The notes under the pieces are model-generated. The model had not been told where the DNA came from. It was given only the letters and a program-made list of their open reading frames with translations, and made no database searches. The position numbers and the translations under genes are program-made. DNA of 64,000 nt from Muribaculaceae bacterium (GTDB taxonomy: Bacteria > Bacteroidota > Bacteroidia > Bacteroidales > Muribaculaceae). Location: contig JAMPAK010000001.1 of assembly GCA_023667285.1 (NCBI GenBank), forward strand, positions 255,064-319,063, given 5' to 3'. Of this stretch, positions 1 through 7,978 are shown piece after piece. The number at the start of each line of letters is the position of its first letter. Position 1 is the stretch's first letter.

Positions 1-936
1 GGAAGACTCCAAGGCATAAGGGACAAGCACCAACTTGGCAAAACGTGGCAAGTCGACAGCCCATACCTCATCCGTGTCCAGACCTTCATCCTGGACAAAT
101 ATTGACAGTTCAATCAACCTCTCGCGGTCGTCACCACCGGACAGATAAATCTCTATGGCCTCAAGATTAAGCAACTTGTAGTTTCCCGTAGTCTTCACAT
201 AGAGAATTAGTCCGGCTCCAACTATTATAAGGACAAAGGGTGTGATATACAGCAGTCGCATTATATACTTCCTGTCTATAGGATATAGCAGCAGGAAGAA
301 TACCAGAAGATAAATGAAACTAATCTTTGTCTCATTGAAAAAAGTGGGTATGAGAACGATAAAATACAACTTTGTGTTGGCCATGTTGTTCAACCAACCC
401 AATTTAAAATCCCACTTCTTGCATAGGAAATAGAATGAGGCCACATAGAGGAATGTAGATACCTGACCGGAACCGCCATCTGCATAGAGGCCGCCGCAAT
501 AGTCTCCGGCTCCATATTTTAAGAACTGGAACATGACGCATACTCCCTGGACGAAGAGCAATATGTAGAGTTGTTTATCAAATGATTTGACAAACCGCTC
601 GTGGTTCTTGGAATCCAGAATGTGTCTTATGATTGGCACACACATCACCAGAGCGATGTATGGCCTTAGACCATTCAGTGTCAGAACCAATCCCTCCTCA
701 TTTAGAAAAGATGATATAAAGGCTATGACAAGCAGGAAGACCGCGATGAGGATGTCTCGCAGCGATTTCAAAGCACAGACGCCAAGGATGACGAAAGTAA
801 CATCAGTTATGACGAAAACTGCACTTCTAAGGCTTTCCAGCGGTGGAAAGATGTCCTGGGCTACAAAACTGAAACATGTCGATAACCAAAAGACCGAAAA
901 CAGGACACCGACATACAGTCTATACTTCTCAATCAT
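1..936 (-). CDS. Polytopic membrane protein of a polysaccharide locus, probably Wzy-like O-antigen/capsule polymerase (3' end runs off the window)
   Basis: Not in the ORF track. Manual translation gives an open frame from ATG at 936 to base 1 (MIEKYRLYVGVLFSVFWLSTCFSFVAQDIFPP...FFNETKISFIYLLVFFLLLYP...), with many hydrophobic segments. It lies 24 nt downstream of wzc and is visibly more AT-rich than the core genes. Confidence 0.6.
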   Translation of the reverse strand, partial: MIEKYRLYVGVLFSVFWLSTCFSFVAQDIFPPLESLRSAVFVITDVTFVILGVCALKSLRDILIAVFLLVIAFISSFLNEEGLVLTLNGLRPYIALVMCVPIIRHILDSKNHERFVKSFDKQLYILLFVQGVCVMFQFLKYGAGDYCGGLYADGGSGQVSTFLYVASFYFLCKKWDFKLGWLNNMANTKLYFIVLIPTFFNETKISFIYLLVFFLLLYPIDRKYIMRLLYITPFVLIIVGAGLILYVKTTGNYKLLNLEAIEIYLSGGDDRERLIELSIFVQDEGLDTDEVWAVDLPRFAKLVLVPYALESS

Positions 937-960
937 CTCTTTTCTGTCGGACAGATGATG

Positions 961-3276
961 TTACTTTGACTCCTTGCGGCCGTAGCCATAGCCATATCCT
1001 TTCTTGGAGTGGGTGCCGTTGACAACCACCGAGAGTTTCTTGAGGCGTTTCTCCTCATAGATGTTCTCAATGAAGTGGAGGTCGTTCATCGAACTGTAGT
1101 TGACACGTGTCACATAGACTGTGGCGTCCGCGATGCGGTCGAGAGTGAATGTATCGCTCACCATGCCGACAGGAGCACTGTCTACAACGACATAGTCATA
1201 CATGGTGCGCAGTGTGGCAAACAGTTCATCGACCTTCTTTGAGGCAAGGAGCTCTGAGGGGTTGGGCGGGATGGGACCGGCCACAATCACGTCGAGGCTC
1301 TTATAGCCGGGGAGAGGATTGATAATCTCCTGGAGTGTGACGGTAGATGACGAGAGATAGTTTGTCAGACCGAAGCGGGGATGGAAGTCAAGATAGTTCT
1401 CGAGTTGAGGATTACGGATGTCCATACCCACAAGCAAAGTGCGCTTCCCTTCGAGCAGAGACAGAGAGGCAGCAAGGTTAGATGATATGAACGACTTGCC
1501 TTCGCCCGACACTGTCGATGTCACAAGCACAACGCGGTCTGAGGCATCGCTGAGCATGAACTGCAGATTTGATCGCAGCAGACGGAATAGCTCGGTGGCT
1601 GAGGTGGTGTCGTGTTCGGTGACGACCATCTTGCGGCCTGAGCGATCTGTGCACATCTCGCCTAGAATCGGAGCAGAGATGTTGCGTTCGACCTCCTGAC
1701 GTGACTCAAACTTATTGCGGATCAGTCTGTAGAGATAGATGAATATGAACGGCAGGAGGATACCGGCCAACAGGGCTATAACCATTATGGCCTTCTTGCC
1801 GATTCCAAGCGGCTCACTGAGGGTGTAAGCCTCATCGATAACCTTGCCTTTGGGAATAGCATTGGCAAGCATCATGGAATTCTCCTCCTGGCGCTCTAGC
1901 AAGAATAGGTAGAGGTGTTCCTTGAGCAACTGCTGGCGCTTCATTCCAAGATACTCACGCTCCTGGGTCGGGACAGACCCAAGGACGGCATCAGACTTAG
2001 CCTTCTCGGCGCGGAGTTCGTTGAGGACACGTGTTGCATTATCGAGGACTTTCACAGAACTGCGATAAAGGTTGCCCTTCATCATGGCAAGACGAGCATC
2101 GAGACGCTTCAGTGCATAGTTGTCGCCCTTGGCTATCTGGGAGAGTTCTATGCGGCGAAGCACCATGCCGTTGATTGAGTCTATGCCACGCTGGAGCGCC
2201 TCATTGTCGACTACGGTGGGGACGAGTTCATTTGATGCGACAGAATCGGCGAAGAAATCGCGTGTGATGCGGAGTATCTCAACCTCAGTCTCCTTCTGGA
2301 AGAGTTCGTTTCTCAGTTCGGTGAGACGTTTCTGCTGCACAGTGACATCTGCCTCGATGTCGGTGATATTGTTTTTCTGCTTATAAGCCTCGATGGCAGA
2401 CTCTGTCTGGTTGAGGTCGTTGCCCATCAGTTGGATGCGGTCCTCAAGGAACGATGCGGTCTTCTTGCCCTGGAGGTTCTTCTCATAGATGCCCCGCTCG
2501 TTATATTTCTTAAGTACCTCGTTGAGCACAGCGCTGCCGTAAGCAGAGTTTGGGGTGTCATAGAATAGTGTGATGACATTGCTCTTTTTGCTTGCGAGGT
2601 CTGCAATCACCTGATCAGTGAGGGTTTCTGCAGCATTCTCATAGCCAGTGAATGTCACCTCTGTGGAGAGTTTCTTTCCTTTGGGGAAATACTTTGTGGG
2701 AGTGACTGTATACTCACCGTAAGGGGTCTTGGCTATATATGGCAGTTTTACATCTTCAGCCTTAAGGAGTTTTTTGTTCTTATAATCCTTCACAACGATG
2801 TCAGCCTCTCCATTTTTATTGACGTCAACCTCGAATGTCAGAGGATAGGTCAGCGTATCAGCAACCTCTGTATCAGCCACGACGTCGATGGGGAAATCAG
2901 GATATGCGAATCGCCAACGCAGGAAGCCGGTCTTGACCATGTGTGTCCGGTTGATTCCTAGGGATTTGGCCACATTGCGATAGAGCGAGTGAGATGAGAT
3001 GACGAACACCTCGTCCTCGACATATGCGCTCGAGCCGAAGAGACTGCCAATGTTTCCGGTCTTTGCGGTGGATGATGCCCCGAAAGGACCGTCGTCATCC
3101 TGAGATATAAGGATATTTGCTCTCACAGCCATCGGCTGTGTGTAGACACGGGTATAGATAAACCCAAGGATGAGACATATCACAATCGTGATTACAAAAA
3201 CATACCACTTTGACAGATAACTCTTCATCAAAGCGTGGAAGTCTATGAAATCAGCACCGGCTTTCCTATTTGCCAT
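961..3276 (-). CDS. wzc: Polysaccharide co-polymerase / BY tyrosine autokinase (Wzc-like), copy 1
   Basis: N-terminal TM, periplasmic coiled coil, second TM, Walker A STVSGEGKS, A' GMDIRNP, B VVVDSAP, C-terminal Tyr cluster KGYGYGYG. Confidence 0.93.
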   Translation of the reverse strand: MANRKAGADFIDFHALMKSYLSKWYVFVITIVICLILGFIYTRVYTQPMAVRANILISQDDDGPFGASSTAKTGNIGSLFGSSAYVEDEVFVISSHSLYRNVAKSLGINRTHMVKTGFLRWRFAYPDFPIDVVADTEVADTLTYPLTFEVDVNKNGEADIVVKDYKNKKLLKAEDVKLPYIAKTPYGEYTVTPTKYFPKGKKLSTEVTFTGYENAAETLTDQVIADLASKKSNVITLFYDTPNSAYGSAVLNEVLKKYNERGIYEKNLQGKKTASFLEDRIQLMGNDLNQTESAIEAYKQKNNITDIEADVTVQQKRLTELRNELFQKETEVEILRITRDFFADSVASNELVPTVVDNEALQRGIDSINGMVLRRIELSQIAKGDNYALKRLDARLAMMKGNLYRSSVKVLDNATRVLNELRAEKAKSDAVLGSVPTQEREYLGMKRQQLLKEHLYLFLLERQEENSMMLANAIPKGKVIDEAYTLSEPLGIGKKAIMVIALLAGILLPFIFIYLYRLIRNKFESRQEVERNISAPILGEMCTDRSGRKMVVTEHDTTSATELFRLLRSNLQFMLSDASDRVVLVTSTVSGEGKSFISSNLAASLSLLEGKRTLLVGMDIRNPQLENYLDFHPRFGLTNYLSSSTVTLQEIINPLPGYKSLDVIVAGPIPPNPSELLASKKVDELFATLRTMYDYVVVDSAPVGMVSDTFTLDRIADATVYVTRVNYSSMNDLHFIENIYEEKRLKKLSVVVNGTHSKKGYGYGYGRKESK

Positions 3277-3318
3277 ATGTTTAAGGTATTATTTCTTTAA
3301 GAATGGGAGGGTGTGTGG

Positions 3319-4122
3319 TTACTTAGCAGTGAGAGCGATGACGAGTGAGGCAATCACGGAGGCCGCGCTCACGATGGTCGATGTCACAGTCAGTTTGTAG
3401 GCATTGTTCTGATTGTACCTTGAGTTTGCCTCTCGGATAGCATTTGGCTCAACATAGATGTAGTCGTTCTGCTGCAGGTAGTAGTAAGGGGATGTGAGCA
3501 CCTCTGACGAGTTGAGGTCAAGATGTGCGAACTTGCGCTCGCCGTTTTCCTCACGGATTACAAGCACATTTGAGCGCTCACCATATTCAGTGAGGTCCCC
3601 GGCAGCTGTAAGAGCGTCGAGTATGGTCATTCTATTGCGGCTCACAGGATACTGTCCGGGATTCTTCACCTCGCCGGCCACATTAATCTGGAAATTGGTG
3701 AGACGCACGGTGACAATGGGATTGTCAACGGTGGCACTGATGCGCTTGGTGAGAAGGTCGGCCAACTGCTCAGTGTTCATTCCGGCAACATGGATTTTGC
3801 CAAGCATCGGGAAGTCGATATCACCGTCGGTAGAGACGACATATGTGTGGTTTTGAGCTGTGACAGACACTCCGAAACTCTGGCGCGTCATGGGATTGTA
3901 AGCAGGCATATTGTAGACAGCCGAAGCTGTGGGGTCCGTAGAGCTCACGTTAATAAACAACTCATCGTCAGGCCTAATCTCAGGCATATACGAAGCCATG
4001 GGGAGTGTGCCCTCCTTGACGGTTGATATATCTTCGAAATAAGGCAATGACGACTTAGTAGTGTGGCATGATGCCAATGTCAACAACATCAGGCTTCCGG
4101 CCAACAGTGATTTGATATTCAT
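3319..4122 (-). CDS. wza: Polysaccharide export outer-membrane lipoprotein (Wza/OPX family), copy 1
   Basis: Lipobox LASC, poly_export motif (DGDIDFPMLGKIHVAG), SLBB domain (GEVKNPG, DALTAAGDLT), C-terminal helix, adjacent to wzc. Confidence 0.92.
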   Translation of the reverse strand: MNIKSLLAGSLMLLTLASCHTTKSSLPYFEDISTVKEGTLPMASYMPEIRPDDELFINVSSTDPTASAVYNMPAYNPMTRQSFGVSVTAQNHTYVVSTDGDIDFPMLGKIHVAGMNTEQLADLLTKRISATVDNPIVTVRLTNFQINVAGEVKNPGQYPVSRNRMTILDALTAAGDLTEYGERSNVLVIREENGERKFAHLDLNSSEVLTSPYYYLQQNDYIYVEPNAIREANSRYNQNNAYKLTVTSTIVSAASVIASLVIALTAK

Positions 4123-4226
4123 AGACTTGAATGATAATGATTGTAGAGATGACTGACAAACGCGACAACTCTATTTAATAGAACGTGGATGATGGTGTAA
4201 TATTGTCGTGGTCACTAGATTTTACA

Positions 4227-4604
4227 TCAAAGTGAGCGTGGGGGTGTCAGTCTTTTATATATGCGGCGGAAGTTGTCGTCGGTTTCAGAGAGTTCAGCAG
4301 CCCTTGCCACATAATCCTCACCATAGAGACTCTCGACCAGGTTGGCGAGATAAAGTCTGTCGCGGTCCTTCTCTATAGCGGCGTTTACCAGCCGGCTTAT
4401 GCATGATGAATATGCTTTAGGGTCAATGGCATTGAGATATCGTGCGGCCGATGTGACAAACTGGCCGGTTTTATCAACCATAATCATATTGTCGATAAGT
4501 TCAGACATGATATTATCGCAAAGCCCTATGTGATTGGCAATATACTCGTATGTCAGCAGTCCGTCCGGATCCTGCGAAAGTTCTTTCTTTAGGGATTGAT
4601 CCAT
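4227..4604 (-). CDS. Hypothetical protein, 125 aa, predicted soluble and mostly helical
   Basis: ATG 3 nt after the wzc copy 2 stop, fills the gap in a co-directional operon, normal amino-acid composition. No family recognised. Confidence 0.75.
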   Translation of the reverse strand: MDQSLKKELSQDPDGLLTYEYIANHIGLCDNIMSELIDNMIMVDKTGQFVTSAARYLNAIDPKAYSSCISRLVNAAIEKDRDRLYLANLVESLYGEDYVARAAELSETDDNFRRIYKRLTPPRSL

Positions 4605-4607
4605 AAT

Positions 4608-7070
4608 TTATTCTTTATTGGAATAATATCCGGAATATGCATATCTGCGGTAAGAGACTCCGGCAGAGGTAGTTCCGTTGAGCAGCACAAGCATGTTGTT
4701 GAACCTGTGCGTGTCATACATATAGTTGATGTCAGGAAGGAGACGACGGTCCATCAGACCTGCACGTAGCACGAAGATCGTGATATCGGCAAGCGGGGTG
4801 ATAATAGTGGTATCAGCCACAATATCGGCCGGGGGACAGTCAAGGAAGATGCAGTCATAATCCTCTCGCAGCTCGGCAATGGCCTTTGCAAGCCTTGAGG
4901 AATAGAGAAGTTCCGAGGGATTAGGGGGAATGGTTCCGGCCGGGAGTATGGAGAGTCCCTCACACTCCGTAGGCTTGACAAGCGCCTTGACATCGGACAC
5001 TCCCTCTGAGAGATAATCCGAGATGCCCCGCAGGTGTGATCCAACCATGCGAGAAAGGGAGGCTCTGCGCAAGTCCATGTCAACTACAAGGATGCGGCTC
5101 CCTTTTCGTTTCACGGCCATGGCAGCCGCAAGGTTGACGGACACAAATGACTTGCCTGAGCCGGGATTGAATGAGGTGAGCATGACCACCTTGTTGTTGC
5201 CGGAGCGAGTGATGAATTCCAAATTTGATCTGACCATACGGAATGACTCATTGACGACACTGCGTCCATGATTGCGCACAAGGAGTTTCGGGGGATCCTC
5301 CACCTTTGACTCTTGCCCTATGATGTCACGCCAACGGCGAGTCCAGTTGCGCCATGCGCTCTTGCGGCCTCCGGCATCAGGAATCTCGCCTATGAAGGGA
5401 GCCTTGAGAGCAGCTAGGTCCTCGCGTGTACGGACTCGGGTATTGATAGTCTCGCCAATGAAGATTATGATGGCCGGAATGAGGATTCCTGCAAAAAAGG
5501 CTACCATGAGAATCTGGCGTGTCAGAGGCGCCGAAGGGGTGTTTTTGCCCCATGGAGGCGTGATGACACGGATATTTGAGGGGGTGAATGCCAGGGAGAG
5601 TTCATTCTCCTCACGTTTCTCGAGGAGATATAGATAGAGTGATTCCTTCACCTTCTGCTGTCGCTCGACCGAGAGTAGATACTTGGCCTGAGAGGGGGAA
5701 GAGGCAATCTTCTGCTCTGTTGCACGATCGGAGGCATTGATTGCATTAAGTTCGGTGGTGAGAGCCTTCACCTGGTTGCCGAGCGATGACTCGAGAGCGC
5801 TTTTCATTCTCTCGAGTGTCTCATCTACATTTGTTAGCATGGGGCTGTTGGCTCCGGTTGCAGCGATGATACGGTCTCTCTCAAGGAGTTTGGTGTTATA
5901 TGATATAATCTGCTCAGTTATGCCGGGACTCTCTATTCCAGTATTGGCCGGGAGAAGTTTACCCGCATTAGCAGCATCTCTCATAAACTCTGCAAGATAC
6001 TTGAGTATCTCGAGCTGGGTGCCCACTTCAGTCTTGCGCTTCATGTTCTCGCTCGCATCCTCAAGAAACATCTCTGAGGCAGCCTTGACGTCGGGGAGAA
6101 GATTCTCTCCTTTATACTTAGCGATGTCTGAGTCTACACCGCCCAGTTCCTTCTCTATCACTTCAAGACGGTCGTTGATGAAGTTTGATGTGGCCACGGC
6201 CATCTTCTCCTTGTCACGGCGCCAGTTGGCGTTGTAGACGTCAATTAGGGCATTGATAAAGTCCTCGATGCGCTGCTTGTTCTGGTCATCCATGGTGAAG
6301 TCTATCACTGTGGCGTCCTCATCAGCCAGCGATATCCTGAGTTTCTCATTATAGCCAAGCACTGTAGGCACAAGCGGCATGTGTTTCACATTGATTGTGT
6401 AATCGAACTTCGGATCATAAGCAGGTCCCTTGAAGAAGACGATATTGCCAAGCTCAGTTTTCAGTGTGTCTCCAAAGGCAACCTTAAACTTGCCGGAAAC
6501 ATCTTCCTCTCCATCAGAAATATGGCTTACCTCCACTTTGTTGTCAGGAAGTATGACTACGTCTGCAGTCATCTCTACGTCAGGCTTAAGGCTTGAGAAT
6601 GAGGCAAGAATGACGGATGTACTGCCATAAAGAGTGATTGGGCGAAGGAATTTGCGATATGTGTAGTCTGTCTGGAGGCCGAGTTTTGTGACGACGTCAC
6701 TTACCAGTGCCGGCGAACTGAATGCCAGCAGTTCGTTTGCCACGTTGGTCGATGTGCTGAAAAGGCCAAGCGACGAGAGCGAGGAGGCTACAGAATTAGC
6801 GGATGCATCATCATCCTCAACGATTACTGAGGCTGACCTTGAGTATGTCTTCGGGGTGACTGCGATATAGACGGCTGCGATAGCGAGGCAGGCGACAATC
6901 GCGGCTGCGAACCAGCGCCATCTGACAATACATCTGACGAAATAATCTCTGATGTTTACACCATCCTCCTCATCATCCATGGTGACGGAATTAACCTCAC
7001 GCCTTATTGTTGACAAGGGGGCCTGAGGATTTCCTATAGTCTCAACATAGGGATTTGTATTGTCTGACAT
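4608..7070 (-). CDS. wzc: Polysaccharide co-polymerase / BY tyrosine autokinase (Wzc-like), copy 2
   Basis: Two TMs, Walker A SFNPGSGKS, VVDMDLRR, IFLDCPP, C-terminal YRRYAYSGYY. Confidence 0.93.
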   Translation of the reverse strand: MSDNTNPYVETIGNPQAPLSTIRREVNSVTMDDEEDGVNIRDYFVRCIVRWRWFAAAIVACLAIAAVYIAVTPKTYSRSASVIVEDDDASANSVASSLSSLGLFSTSTNVANELLAFSSPALVSDVVTKLGLQTDYTYRKFLRPITLYGSTSVILASFSSLKPDVEMTADVVILPDNKVEVSHISDGEEDVSGKFKVAFGDTLKTELGNIVFFKGPAYDPKFDYTINVKHMPLVPTVLGYNEKLRISLADEDATVIDFTMDDQNKQRIEDFINALIDVYNANWRRDKEKMAVATSNFINDRLEVIEKELGGVDSDIAKYKGENLLPDVKAASEMFLEDASENMKRKTEVGTQLEILKYLAEFMRDAANAGKLLPANTGIESPGITEQIISYNTKLLERDRIIAATGANSPMLTNVDETLERMKSALESSLGNQVKALTTELNAINASDRATEQKIASSPSQAKYLLSVERQQKVKESLYLYLLEKREENELSLAFTPSNIRVITPPWGKNTPSAPLTRQILMVAFFAGILIPAIIIFIGETINTRVRTREDLAALKAPFIGEIPDAGGRKSAWRNWTRRWRDIIGQESKVEDPPKLLVRNHGRSVVNESFRMVRSNLEFITRSGNNKVVMLTSFNPGSGKSFVSVNLAAAMAVKRKGSRILVVDMDLRRASLSRMVGSHLRGISDYLSEGVSDVKALVKPTECEGLSILPAGTIPPNPSELLYSSRLAKAIAELREDYDCIFLDCPPADIVADTTIITPLADITIFVLRAGLMDRRLLPDINYMYDTHRFNNMLVLLNGTTSAGVSYRRYAYSGYYSNKE

Positions 7071-7089
7071 AAATGAATTTTCTTAACGA

Positions 7090-7896
7090 TTAACGGACTA
7101 TGATAGCCACAATTGTTATAGCCATCGACACCATAGAGAGCCAGAAGGAGGTAGAGAGGACAGTATTGGCATTGAGTGATGCCTGGCGTGTTCGTGTGGG
7201 GTTTGGCTCAACATATATGACATCATCCTGCTGTACATAGTAAGCGGGAGACTTTGCTAAATCCTCGGCAGAGAGGAGGTTCAGAAAATAGGTCTCTTGC
7301 TTGTCGCCGTTACGGCGAATAACCCTCACGCTGTCTCTCTGTCCATAGATAGTGAGGTCTCCGGCGGCTCCAAGCGCATCGAGGATTGTCATGTCGTCTG
7401 AGTCTATGTCATAGCGTCCGGGCATGGTGACCTCGCCCAGCACGGAGACCTTTGCACTGACAAACTCTACGGTCACAATAGGGTCCTTGGCAAGCTCGGC
7501 GCCTATCAACATCCCTTTTATCATTGAGGCAGCTTCGGCGCGAGTAAGCCCCGCCACATGTATCTCACCTAGGAAGGGGAAGTCAATATCGCCTGCGGCG
7601 TTCACGCTATAAGGAACCACGCCTTGTGACTGGCTGCCACCCTGCATGCCTATCTGGCGTGAGACATTTGGGAGGTTCAATGCGTCAGTCACCTGAGGAT
7701 CACGGGTATTGACAAGGATATTCAACTTGTCAAGCGGCTGGATGACAAGCTGTCTGGCCTCTAACGGCAAAGTCACCTGCGACTTTATATCCTGAAAATA
7801 GACCACATCCTTAGGTGTCTTGCATGATGTGAACCCAAGGGCTGAAAGGAGTGCTATTGCACAGCACAGATAATAGTTGAAATGGATGTTAGACAT
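7090..7896 (-). CDS. wza: Polysaccharide export lipoprotein (Wza/OPX family), copy 2
   Basis: Lipobox FTSC-KTPK, GDIDFPFLGEIHVAG, SLBB domain. Start moved to ATG 7896 because the track's TTG at 7908 overlaps the promoter element. Confidence 0.9.
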   Translation of the reverse strand: MSNIHFNYYLCCAIALLSALGFTSCKTPKDVVYFQDIKSQVTLPLEARQLVIQPLDKLNILVNTRDPQVTDALNLPNVSRQIGMQGGSQSQGVVPYSVNAAGDIDFPFLGEIHVAGLTRAEAASMIKGMLIGAELAKDPIVTVEFVSAKVSVLGEVTMPGRYDIDSDDMTILDALGAAGDLTIYGQRDSVRVIRRNGDKQETYFLNLLSAEDLAKSPAYYVQQDDVIYVEPNPTRTRQASLNANTVLSTSFWLSMVSMAITIVAIIVR

Positions 7897-7905
7897 AATG
7901 CGGTG

Positions 7906-7913
7906 CAAAATTA
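7906..7913 (-). promoter_or_regulatory. Bacteroidetes sigma-A -7 element (TAATTTTG) for the wza-wzc operon
   Basis: Exact TAnnTTTG match in the intergenic region, oriented toward wza. Confidence 0.7.
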
Positions 7914-7978
7914 GCGTTTTTTAATAGAGTATGCAAACAGCCGGGTCACTTTTTCAGTTGAGTTTTCATATGTACATG

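Noticed and set aside
587-958. 123-aa plus-strand ORF from the track
   Set aside because: It is antisense to the longer membrane-protein frame at 936 to <1, which continues the wzc operon.
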